A DNA stretch of 64,000 nt from NCBI GenBank assembly GCA_964187785.1, contig OZ076409.1, positions 74,402,001-74,466,000 on the forward strand, written 5' to 3'. This stretch comes from Amphiscolops sp. MND2022. Lineage: Eukaryota. Below, piece by piece: positions 51,063 through 63,641 of the stretch. Every line of letters begins with the position of its first letter. The stretch's first letter is position 1. Below the pieces are notes generated by a model. That model was not told where the DNA came from and did not search any database. It worked only from the letters and a program-made list of their open reading frames with translations. The translations under genes and the position numbers were made by a program.

Positions 51063-52329
51063 GTGGCCGTGTCTTTTCGACGTGCTTTTGCATTGAGGAG
51101 TGGGTAGGGCCCCGCGACGACCTAGAAGAATTGGATGCTCACCGAAACGTGCAGAATTCTACGAGATCTCATAGTTTGAGCCATACGATTTTGCTGAAAT
51201 TTGGCATGTGGCCTGGAATTGGTGAGTAGGTAAAACGTGTAGGAGGTGATTTTTCCCAAATTCCACTGTGAGACGAGATATGGGCAAATAACGGTCCCAA
51301 AAATGGCAAAAATGCACTTTTTTCAACTTTGTCAGCCCATATCTCGTTCCCAGGTGCCCGGAGCGGGACGCGTTAAGCTGATTATAAACTCTAGGGTGTT
51401 GAGGCTGTACGGGGAAGTCAGGCCCGTTCCGATCGGACTTGTAGTCTTGGAGAAATAACGGTATTTTTGGGAAACCTTTTCTAACGGTCCAGCTTATCTT
51501 TGCCATTTTTTCGAAAATGTACTCGCCTAAAGGCCTCCCCCTGGCCGAATTTACTCCCAGCAAAACCATTTGGCCCTAAATACGGAGTTTCAGCGTTCCA
51601 GCATTCCCGGGCGAAAAGTTGTGGGACTTGGAAAATTTTCAAAAATTTTCAAAATTTTTTTTTCGTTTTCCGGGCCCCCAATGAAGGGGAAACGACCCCC
51701 CAACCAGTATTTTGAGTGAATTCATGTGGAAAGCCCTTGTTTTGACGAGAAAAGTACCGTTTAGAACATCTTTTTATCTTGACTCAACGTTGACTTATGA
51801 CGTTTTGAATGTGATGTAAGGATGTAGGAGGCATGTGATAAGTTGATGTTTTGAGTCTTTATCTCATATGAAAGCGGTTGAGATGCAAGCTGTTATGCTC
51901 AAAACGTCTTTCGTTGTAATTTTCCAGTGCACCAATACCCTTTGGTGTCATATAAACATACTTTTCGTCGATATATTAACAATTTTAATGTATTTATTCC
52001 AATTTTTATTATCTTTTAACTCAAAACAGTTGAGTACATTTCATCTCCCTTTCGGGGGAGATGAGAATGTACTCGCTAAAGACCTAGCGCCATGACCAAA
52101 AGTTTGAAACCCACGTTTTTTATCTTCTTACAGACTTGTTTTTGTATTTTTTCGGAATTTTTTAAAAATTAATATACTTGAAATACATTACTTGACTTTA
52201 CTACTACAATCCACCTCCAACGTCAACGCCCCCTTGCTTGCATCAACGCCCACCGTCCGTGGGCATGCCGAGGCATGCCCTTCGACGACGTATGCCAAAT
52301 GCCCAGTACCACGCAGTCATTATCGCTAG
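51063..52329 (+). mobile_element. Monomer U39, family A' (1267 bp)
   Basis: Similar to U23. Confidence 0.6.
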
Positions 52330-53604
52330 GTGCCGGTGTATTTTTACACAATGGGGGATGTTGCGCGTGTGGGGAGGGTCCCTGACGCGCTTCCGTGGTT
52401 TCGGGTCTTCTAACCTATGATAGCGTGACACCTGACTTCGATCTCGTAAACTAGCCGTACGATTTGGCTGAAATTTGGCACACGTACCCCCCTCGGCACG
52501 GTGAAGATGATTTCCTACTGACGTTTTTCCCGCTAAACATTTTTTGTTGACCAAAATAACGGTTTTTGGGGTAAAATTTTCAACTTTTTTAAATTTTCAT
52601 CTTATATCTCGCCACGGGTACACGCTAGCGCTTCCAAACCTTGCTGACGAAACCTTGCAAACTGTCTCAGGAATGCGGTGTGAAATTTTCAGCTCAATCG
52701 GACTTAAACTCGGGGAGATATAGCGTTTTTCCGGAGCGGGGGGGTTTCATTTTTCTAACGGTCCAGCTTATCTTTGCCATTTTTTCGAAAATGCACTCGC
52801 CTAAAGGCCTCCCCTGGCCGGTTTTATTCCCAACAAAACCATTTGGCCCTAAATACGGAGTTTCAGCGTTCCAGCATTCCCGGGCGAAAAGTTGTGGGAC
52901 TTAGAAAAGTTCAAAAATTTTAAAAAAAAATTTTTTCCGTTATTTGGGCCGTCAAAGTGGGGGAAAAGACCCCCCAACCAGTAAAGCAAGTGAATGCATG
53001 TGGAAAGCCCTTGTTTAGACGAGAAAAATGCCGTTTAGAACGTCTTTTTATCTTAACTTGACATTGACTTTTGTCGTTTTGAAGGTGACCGTTAGATACG
53101 GAAAATTGATGTTTTGAGTATTTATCCCATCTGAAAGCCATTGAGATACAACATGTTTTGCTCAAAACGTGTTTCATTGCAGTTTCGCTGTCCATTATCA
53201 CCCTTTGGTGTCTTTTCACGTAATTTTCGTTTCAATAATAACAATTTTTTTGTGTATTTATTCATTTTTTTCTCATCAAATAACTTGAAACAGTTGAGTA
53301 CATTCCATCTCCCTTCCCGGGGGAGATGAGAATGTACTCGCTAAAGGTCAGGAACTACGGTCTATATCTTCCACAACACAAAAGGGATTGCAAATGGTTT
53401 CAGTTTGTCGCAGAAAACTTCTTTTTGCCCTCTGTGACTCGACAAAATGAACGTTTCTTACTTACTTTGAAACTCAGCATACCACAACTCATCTCTAACG
53501 TCAGCGCCCCCCTACTTGCATCAACGCCCACCGTCCGTGGGCATGCCGAGGCATGCCCTTCGACGACGTATACCAAGATATACCTGGAGCGCGGTAGCCG
53601 CTAG
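52330..53604 (+). mobile_element. Monomer U40, family M (1275 bp)
   Basis: Tail near-identical to U4, different head. Confidence 0.6.
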
Positions 53605-54895
53605 GTGCCGGGATTTCTATTCGATAAAGTATGTGGCGCGCCTTGGGTAGGGTCCCGTGCGCGCTCTTGGGTATGGTGTTCACCAGCTAGGAAATAGGGG
53701 TCGATTTTTCGGGATCTCCTAAACTAGCCACACGATTTGGCTGAAATTTGGCACACGTACTCCCCTCGGCATGGTGAAGATGATTTCCTACTAGCGTTTT
53801 GCTCGCAAAATTTTTTTTGTTGTCCAAAATAACGGTTTTTGGTGGAAAATTTTGAACTTTTTTTAAATTTCATCTTATATCTCGCCACCGGTTAACGCTA
53901 GCGCTTCAAAACCCTGCTAAAGAAAGCTTGCAAACTGTCTCAGGAATGCTGTGTTAAATTTTCAGCTCAATCGGACTTAAACTCGGGGAGATATAGCGTT
54001 TTTCCGGAGCGGGGGGGGTTTCATTTTTCTAACGGTCCAGCTTATCTTTGCCATTTTTTCGAAAATGCACTCGCCTAAAGGCCTCCCCTGGCCGGTTTTA
54101 CTCCCAAAAAAACCATTTGGCCCTAAATACGGAGTTTCAGCGTTCCAGCATTCCCGGGCGAAAAGTTGTGGGACTTAGAAAAGTTCAAAAATTTTCAAAA
54201 AAATTTTTTTCCGTTTTCCGCCCTCCCCCCCTAGGGGAAAAGACCCCCCAACCAGTAATTTGAGTGAATTCATGTGGAAAGGCCATGTTTAGAGGAGAAA
54301 AATCCCGTTTAAATCGTCTTTTTATCTTTATTCAACGTTGACTTATGACGTTTTGAAGGTGATGTTTGGAAGGTGTGAAGCACGTGAAAAGTAAACGTTA
54401 TGACTATTTATCTGATCTGAAAGCCATTGAGATGCAATCTGTTTTGCTCAAAACGTAATTCATATCCGTTTGGTAGTCAATCAACACCCTTTGTGGTCAT
54501 TTGACATCTTTTTTTGTTGATATAAGAAAAAATTTTGTGTATTTTTTCATTTTTTTCTCATCAAATAACTTGAAACAGTTGAGTACATTCCATCCCCCCC
54601 TTCCGGGGGAGATGGGAATGTACTCGCAAAAAGCACCGAACTACGGCCCTAACCTTCCCGAGCTACGCAGTATAAGGATTACATATTGGTTCCGACATTT
54701 TCATAGAGTTAAATCTTGGTAATCTGTCTGGATATGCAGAAAAACCAGCACGTGCTTTTTTATACCAAGTTGCTTACAACGACAATTATTTTATATCAAC
54801 GCCCCCATATTTATCAACGCCCACCGTCCGTGGGCATGCCGAGGCATGCCCTTCGACGACGCGCACCAAAATATTCCCCGAGCGCGTTAGCCTAG
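53605..54895 (+). mobile_element. Monomer U41, family M (1291 bp)
   Basis: Similar to U13/U15. Confidence 0.6.
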
Positions 54896-56185
54896 GTGCC
54901 GGGATTTCCATTCGATAAGGAATTCTGCGCGTGTGGGTAGGGCCCCTGGCGCGCTCATGTGTTTTCGGTTTTCCTACTCCAAATTCACACCCCAGTTATC
55001 TCCGATCTCGTAAACTATCCATACGATTTGGCTGAAATTTGGCACACGTACCCCCCTCGGCACGGTGAAGATGATTCCCTACTGACGTTTTGCCCGCTAA
55101 ACATTTTTTGTTGACCAAAATAACGGTTTTTGGTGGAAAATTTTCAACTTTTTTTAAATTTCATCTTATATCTCGCCCCAGGTTTACGCTAGCGCTTCAA
55201 AACCTTGCTGACGAAAGTTTGCAAACTGTCTCAGGAATGCGGTGTGAAATTTTCAGCTCAATCGGACTTAAACTCGAGGAGATATAGCGTTTTTCCGGAG
55301 CGGGGGGGTTTCATTTTTCTAACGGTCCAGCGTATCTTTGCCATTTTTTCGAAAATGCACTCGCCTAAAGGCCTCCCCTGGCCGGTTTTACTCCCAAAAA
55401 AACCATTTGGCCCTAAATACGGGGTTTCAGCGTTCTAGCATTTCCGGGCGAAAAGTTGTGGGACTTAGAAAATTTCAAAAAGTTTCAAAAAATTTTTTTC
55501 CGTTATTTGGGCCCCCAATGTGGGGGAAAGGACCCCCCAACCAGTATTTTGAGTGAATGCATGTGCAAAGCGCTTGTTTAGAGGAGAAAAATGTCGTTTA
55601 GAACGTCTTTTTATCTTTACTCAACGTTGACTTATGACGTTTTGAAGGTGATGTAAAGAGGTGTGAAGCACGTGAAAAGTAAACGTTATGAGTATTTATT
55701 TGATCTGAAAGCCATTCAGATGCAATCTGATTTGCCCAAAACGTAATTCATTTCAGTTTGGCAGTCAATCAACACCCTTTGTTGTCGTTTTACATATTTT
55801 TTTGTTGATATAATAAAAAATTTTGTGTATTTATTTATTTTTTTCTCATCAAATAACTTGAAACAGTTGAGTACATTCCATCTCCCTTCCCGGGGGAGAT
55901 GAGAATGTACTCGCAAAAAGCCCCGAACTATGGCCCTTACCTTCCCGAGCTACGCAGTATAAAGATTGCATATTGGTTTCGACATTTTGATAGAGTTATA
56001 TCTTGGTAATCTGTCTGGATATGCAGAAAAATCAGCACGTGCCTTTTTATACCAAGTTGCTCACAACGACAATTATTTTATATCAACGCCCCCATATTTA
56101 TCAACGCCCCCCGTCCGTGGGCATGCCGAGGCATGCCCTTCGACGACCCGCACCAAAATATACTCCCAAGCGCGGTAGCGGCTAG
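54896..56185 (+). mobile_element. Monomer U42, family M (1290 bp)
   Basis: U7-like start, middle shared with U44. Confidence 0.6.
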
Positions 56186-57454
56186 GTGGCCGTGTCTTTT
56201 CGACGTGCTTTTGCATCGAGGAGTGGGTAGGGCCCCGCGACGACCTAGAAGAATTGGATGCTCACCGAAACGTGCAGAATTCTACGAGATCTCATAGTTT
56301 GAGCCATACGATTTTGCTGAAATTTGGCATGTGGCCTGGAATTGGTGAGTAGGTAAAACGTGTAGGAGGTGATTTTTCCCAAATTCCACTCTGAGACGAG
56401 ATATGGGCAAATAACGGTCCCAAAAATGGCAAAATTGCACTTTTTTCAACTTTGTCAGCCCATATCTCGTTCCCAGGTGCCCGGAGCGGGACGCGTTAAG
56501 CTGATTATAAACTCTAGGGTGTTGAGGCGGTACGGTGAACTTTGGCCCGTTCCGATCGGACTTGTAGTCTTGGAGAAATAACGGTATTTTTGGGAAATTT
56601 TTTCTAACGGTCCAGCTTATCTTTGCCATTTTTCGAAAATGTACTCGCCTAAAGGCCTCCCCCTGGCCGAATTTACTCCCAGCAAAACCATTTGGCCCTA
56701 AATACGGAGTTTCAGCGTTCCAGCATTCCCGGGCGAAAAGTTGTGGGACTTGGAAAAATTTCAAAAATTTTCAAAATTTTTTTTTACGTTTTCCGGGCCC
56801 CCAATGAAGGGGAAACGACCCCCCAACCCTTATTTTGAGTGAATGCATGTGGAAAGGCCATGGTTAGAGGAGAAAAATGCCGTTTAGATTGTCTTTCTAT
56901 TTTAACTTGACATTGACTTATGACGTTTTGAATGTGATGTTAGGATGTGTGAGGCATGTGAAAAGTTGATGTTTTGAGTCTTTATCTCATATGAAAGCAA
57001 TTGAGATGCACGCTGTCCTGCTCAAAACGTCTTTCGTTGTAGTTTTCCAGTGCACCAGAACCCTTTGGTGTCATTTGAACATACTTTTCTTCGGTTTATT
57101 AACATTTTTAATGTATTTATTCCAATTTTTATTATCTTATAGCTCAAAACAGTTGAGTACATTTCATCTCCCTTTCGGGGGAGATGAGAATGTACTCGCT
57201 AAAGACCTAGCGCCATGACCAAAATTTGAAGCGCACGTTTTGTATCTTCTTACAGACTTGTTTTTGTATTTTTTCGGATTTTTCTAAAAAATAATAATAT
57301 ACTTGAAATACATTACTTGACTTTACTACTACATTCCACCTCCAACGTCAACGCCCCCCTGCTTGCATCAACGCCCACCGTCCGTGGGCATGCCGAGGCA
57401 TGCCCTTCGACGACGTATGCCAAATGCCCAGTGCCACGCAGTCATTTTCGCTAG
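56186..57454 (+). mobile_element. Monomer U43, family A' (1269 bp)
   Basis: Related to U23/U39. Confidence 0.6.
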
Positions 57455-58722
57455 GTGCCGGGATTTCTATTCGTTCGAGTATGTGGCGCGTGTGGGTAGG
57501 GCCCCTGGCGCGCTCTTGTGTTTCGGGTTTTCCTACTCCTAAACCGCGTTCAGATTTTCGGGATCTCGTAAACTAGCCATACGATTTGGCTGAAATTTGG
57601 CACACGTACCCCCCTCGGCACGGTGAAGATGATTCCCTACTGACGTTTTGCCCGCTAAACATTTTTTGTTGACCAAAATAACGGTTTTTGGTGGAAATTT
57701 TTCAACTTTTTTTAAAATTCATCTTATATCTCGCCCCAGGTTTACGCTAGCGCTTCAAAACCTTGCTGACGAAAGTTTGCAAACTGTCTCAGGAATGCGG
57801 TGTGAAATTTTCAGCTCAATCGGACTTAAACTCGAGGAGATATAGCGTTTTTCCGGAGCGGGGGGGTTTCATTTTTCTAACGGTCCAGCGTATCTTTGCC
57901 ATTTTTTCGAAAATGCACTCGCCTAAAGGCCTCCCCTGGCCGGTTTTACTCCCAAAAAAACCATTTGGCCCTAAATACGGGGTTTCAGCGTTCTAGCATT
58001 TTCGGGCGAAAAGTTGTGGGACTTAGAATATTTCAAAAATTTTCAAAAAAATTTTTTTCCGTTATTTGGGCCCCCAATGTGGGGGAAAGGACCCCCCAAC
58101 CAGTATTTTGAGTGAATGCATGTGCAAAGCGCTTGTTTAGAGGAGAAAAATGTCGTTTAGAACGTCTTTTTATCTTTACTCAACGTTGACTTTTGTCGTT
58201 TTGAAGGTGACCGTTAGATATGGAAAATTGATGTTTTGAGTATTTATCTCATCTGAAAGCCATTGAGATACAACATGTTTTGCTCAAAACGTGTTTCATT
58301 GCAGTATCGCTGTCCATTAACACCCTTTGGTGACTTTTGACATATTTTTTTTATATATAATATCACTTTTTTGTGCATTTTTTCGTTTTTTTCTCATCTA
58401 ATATCTTGAAACAGTTGAGTACATTCCATCTCCCTTCCCGGGGGAGATGAGAATGTACTCGCTAAAGGCCATGAACTACGGCCTATACCTTCCCGAGCTA
58501 CGCACTACAATTATTGCATATGCATGCAGACCTTTTAATACATTTTTATCTTTATAGATTGACTGGACAAACTGAAAACTCTGTCCTGATTATACAAAGT
58601 TACCTCACAACGACACATGTTTACGTCAACGCTCCATACTTTACATCAACGCCCACCGTCCGTGGGCATGCCGAGGCATGCCCTTCGACGACGTATAGCC
58701 ACTCAAACGCGGTAGCCGCTAG
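57455..58722 (+). mobile_element. Monomer U44, family M (1268 bp)
   Basis: U42-like middle, U6-like tail. Confidence 0.6.
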
Positions 58723-60012
58723 GTGCCGGGATTTCTATTCGTTCGAGTATGTGGCGCGTGTGGGTAGGGCCCCTGGCGCGCTCTTGTGTTTGGGGGTTTC
58801 CTACTTCTAAATCACGTTCAGATTTCCGGGATCTCGTAAACTATCCATACGATTTGGCTGAAATTTGGCACACGTACCCCCCTCGGCACGGTGAAGATGA
58901 TTTCCTACTGACGTTTTTCCCGCTAAACATTTTTTGTTGACCAAAATAACGGTTTTTGGTGGAAAATTTTTGATTTTTTTTAAATTTTATCTTATATCTC
59001 GCCACGGGTCCACGCTAGCGCTTCCAAACCTTGCTGACGAAACCTCGCAAACTGTCTCAGGAATGCTGTGTGAAATTTTCAGCTCAATCGGACCTAAACT
59101 CGGGGAGATATAGCGTTTTTCCGGAGCGGGGGGGTTTCATTTTTCTAACGGTCCAGCTTATCTTTGCCATTTTTTCGAAAATGCACTCGCCTAAAGGCCT
59201 CCCCTGGCCGGTTTTACTCCCAAAAAAACCATTTGGCCGTAAATACGGAGTTTCAGCGTTCTAGCATTCCGGGGCGAAAAGTTGTGGTACTTAGTAAATT
59301 TCAAAAATTTTCAAAAATTTTTTTTTCGTTATTTGGGCCCCCAAAGTGGGGGAAAAGACCCCCCAACCAGTAATTTGAGTGAATTCATGTGGAAAGGCCA
59401 TGTTTAGCGGCGAAAAATGCTTTTTAGATCATCTTTTTATTTTAACCTGTTGTTGACTTATGTTGTTTTGAAGGTGATGTTTGGATGTGTGAAGCATGTG
59501 AAAAGGTAATTTTTTGTGTCTTTATCTCTTCTAAAAGCCATTGAGATGCAATCTGTTTTGCTCAAAACGTAATTCAATGCAATTTGGCAGTCAATGAACA
59601 CAATTTGGTGTCTTTTGTTATATTTTTCTGTTGATATAATAAAAAATTTTGTGTCTTTATTAATTTTTTTTAAATAAAATAACTTGAAACAGTTGAGTAC
59701 ATTCCATCCCCCCCTTCCGGGGGAGATGGAAATGTACTCGCTAAAAGCCGCGAACAAGAGCCCATACCTTCCTGCGCTACGCAGTATAAAGATTGCATGT
59801 TGGTTCCGACTTTTTGGTAGTGTTATATCTTGGTAATTTGACTGAATATGGAGAAAAATCAGCAAGTGCTCTTTTATAGCAAATTGCTGACAACGACAAT
59901 TTTTTTATATCAACGCCCCCATATTTATCAACGCCCCCCGTCCGTGGGCATGCCGAGGCATGCCCTTCGACGACGTATACCAAGATATACTCACGAGCGC
60001 GGTAGCCGCTAG
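58723..60012 (+). mobile_element. Monomer U45, family M (1290 bp)
   Basis: U6 head, diverged tail. Confidence 0.6.
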
Positions 60013-61299
60013 GTGCCGGGATTTTCTATTCGACAAGTTTGCGCGCCTTGGGGAGGGTCCCTTTGCGCGCTTTAAGATCCAGGTGTTTCCAACTCCTAAA
60101 CGGGCATGTGATTTCGACGATCTCCTAAACTAGCCATACGATTTGGCTGAAATTTGGCACACGTACCCCCCTCGGCACGGTGAAGATGATTTCCTACTGA
60201 CGTTTTTCCCGCTAAACATTTTTTGTTGACCAAAATAACGGTTTTTGGGGTAAAATTTTCAACTTTTTTTAAATTTCATCTTATATCTCGCCACGGGTAC
60301 ACGCTAGCGCTTCAAAACCTTGCTGACGAAAGCTTGCAAACTGTCTCGGGAATGCGGTGTGAAATTTTCAGCTCAATCGGACTTAAACTCGAGGAGATAT
60401 AGCGTTTTTCCGGAGCGGGGGGGTTTCATTTTTCTAACGGTCCAGCTTATCTTTGCCATTTTTTCGAAAATGTACTCGTCTAAAGGCCTCCCCTGGCCGG
60501 TTTTATTCCCAGCAAAACCATTTGGCCCTAAATACGGAGTTTCAGCGTTCCAGCATTTCCGGGCGAAAAGTTGTGGGACTTAGAAATTTTCAAAAATTTT
60601 CAAAAATTTTTTTTCCGTTATTTGGTCCCCCAAAGTGGGGGAAAAGACCCCCCAACCAGTAAAGCAAGTGAAAGCATGTGCAAAGCCCTTGTTTGGACGA
60701 GAAAATTGCCGTTTAGAACGTCTTTTTATCTTGGCTCAACGTTGACTTATGACGTTTTGAAGGTGATGTTTGGAGGTGTAAAGCAAGTGATTAGTAAACG
60801 TTATGAGTTTTTATCTGATCTGAAAGCCATTGAGATGCAATATGGTTTGCTCAAAACGTAATTCATTGCAGTTTGGCAATCAATCAACACCCTTTGTTGT
60901 CGTTTGACATACTTTTTTGTTGTTATAATAAAAAATTTTGTGTATTTATTCATTTTTTTCTCATCAAATAACTTGGAACAGTTGAGTACATTCCATCCCC
61001 CCCTTCCGGGGGAGATGAGAATGTACTCGCAAAAAGCACCGAACTACGGCCCTTACCTTCCCGAGCTACGCAGTATAAGGATTACATATTGGTTCCGACA
61101 TTTTCATAGAGTTATATCTTGGTAATCTGTCTGGATATGCCGAAAAATCAGCACGTGCCTTTTAATACCAAGTTGCTCACAACGACAATTATTTTATATC
61201 AACGCCCCCATATTTATCAACGCCCCCCGTCCGTGGGCATGCCGAGGCATGCCCTTCGACGACCCGCACCAAAATATGCGTTAGCGCGGTAGCAGCTAG
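60013..61299 (+). mobile_element. Monomer U46, family M (1287 bp)
   Basis: Near-identical to U31. Confidence 0.6.
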
Positions 61300-62571
61300 G
61301 TGGCCGGGAACTTTTTTTCCTGCATTTTTCTGTCCAATTGGGGGAGGGGCCCCAAGTGGCTGTTATCCGGTTTTACTACCTACCCTAAACACGCTCAAAA
61401 AATGACGATCTCGAAAACCACCCCTTAGATTTTCCTGAAACTTTGCATACAGGCCTAGAATCAAATCCTAAGAACTATTTCCTACTGGCGTTTTTCCGAA
61501 TTTTTTCAAAAAGTTGGTCAAAAATGCAACAAAAGTTGCCAATGGACAGAAAAAACGCAACTTTTCGACTTTGAGGGCTCATAACTTTTTCCAGAGTGCC
61601 CGGAGCGGTTCGCACGTGGACAACAATATTGCTCAGCATTGTCGGATGAGTGCGTGGACAAATTTTGGTTTGAATCAGATGAAAATTGACTGAGAAATGA
61701 ACGCAAATTTCTGTGCATTTGTTGCAAAAACCAGTTTATCTCTGCCATTTTCGCCCAAACTTTTTCCCAGAGCCTTTATAGGAGGCAACCCCTGCCCAAT
61801 TTTCTGCCAAGCAAACCCATTTGGCCCTAAATACGGAGTTTCAGCATTCTAGGATTCCCGGGCGAAAAGTTGTGGGACTTAGAAAATTTTCAAAAAAACG
61901 CAAAAATTGTAAAAAGTAACTTCAGGCGCCCCAAAGTCACAAAACTTCCACACAACTAGTATTGCAAGTGAATGCATGTGGAAAGTACTTGGATAGACGA
62001 GAAAAATGAGCTATAGAACAACTCTGTAGCTTAATCTGACGTTGACTTATGACATTTTGAGTGTGAGCATCCTATAGGATTTTAATGTCAAAAATGAGAT
62101 TTTGTAAGTCATGTCTCATCAAAAACTCATCGGAATACGTTCAATCATCCCCATAGCTGTTCAATCACCGTTGCTTAGTAGAGCAACGCCATTTAACGTC
62201 TTTGGACCCATTTTGAAAATTTTCGAAATCGTCTTATTCGTCCGATATCACGAAACAGTTGAGTACATTCCATCTCCCCCTTGGGGGGAGATGAGAATGT
62301 ACTCGCCAAAGACCTGATATAATGGCCCATATTGTTTTTTATTTAACCTTTCTCACGATATTGCACACGGATAGCTGTGTTTGGTAAACGTTTTCCTTTG
62401 CACCATACCTCCAAAAGCTAAACCACTTTTTTAGCTTACTACTTCTACTCAAACATCACTAACGTCAACGCCACACACTCTCACTAACGCCCACCGTCCG
62501 TGGGCATGCCGAGGCATGCCCTTCGACGACGTATGCCAAATAGCGCCACAGGGCGCAAATATTTCCGCTAG
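61300..62571 (+). mobile_element. Monomer U47 (1272 bp)
   Basis: Related to U24. Confidence 0.6.
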
Positions 62572-63641
62572 GTGGTCAAGGGGGATGCCCATCAGAAAAT
62601 ATTGCGAGGCCGGGGAGGGTCCCGATTGCCGAGCACATTCTATCAATTCCTACCTTCAGGATTGCGAAGTATTTTAACCGATCTCGAAATTCACCCGTAG
62701 GATTTGTCTGAAACTTTGCATGTGGCTTTATCTCAAAAATTTAAGAATTTTTTTCTGCTGACGTTTTTCCAGGAAAATTCATTTTGTAGGTTTTTTTTGC
62801 CTTTTTTTGGTTTTTTTCATCTTTTTTCATCTTTGATTAATCAATGACCGAATCAAAGGCCATTTTCACCATGAAGGAAAGCCCGTAGCGGCAAAGTGCA
62901 CTCTTATGAAAATCATCAACGGTCAACGGTCTTTCGAACGGTCCAAAAAAATTTCCCCCCGGGGGAAACCAAAGTGCCGAAAAGTGCCAAAATTATTTTT
63001 TTGACTGAATCACTTTGATCAAATTGATGATTTGAGCAGCCGGAACGGTCCGCACGGTCTCGGACAATAAGGTCAAAAATTGTCAGCATCCAATGGGGGT
63101 TCCAAAAATGTAATTCGTTCACCTGTAGGAGACATCAGAAAAAAGTTGATTTTTTGGGGTATATGTCATTATGAGTGATTGGATGAGAAATAATTGTATC
63201 ACTTTCAGTTGGATATGATGCAGCACAGGAAGCAGCTGCAGCAAACTTGAAACTGAATATGGGGCTGGGGTTTACCCTCTGTATCGAGCAAAATAGCCCT
63301 AGGGCATAAGTTGTGCCAAAAAATGCCTCAAAGTGATGATTTGGTTATTGCAAATCGATCAGCAAAATTTATTGTCACCGGTGTTCCGAGAGTTGCGCAG
63401 CATCTCGCAGGAACAACGGTGCTTGCTTAGAAAGCAAAAAACCACAAAATCCCTTGAGTTAAGTTGACGGCAGTCACCATAGACATTCACTCGTCAGGGT
63501 GATGATATTTATCGTTCAATCCCAGAATAACTTACAAAAAATTGCTAGCCTCAATATTTCTTTTTCATACTCCATTAGCAAAGGTTGCGCTGTTAAGTTT
63601 AGGCCTTTTATTAGCAGTGCTCTAAATCGCTCCATCGCTAG
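62572..63641 (+). mobile_element. Monomer U48 (1070 bp), unique body, no subterminal palindrome
   Basis: Keeps head motif and scaffold; own hairpin at 63376-63421; ends CATCGCTAG|GTG. Confidence 0.55.
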
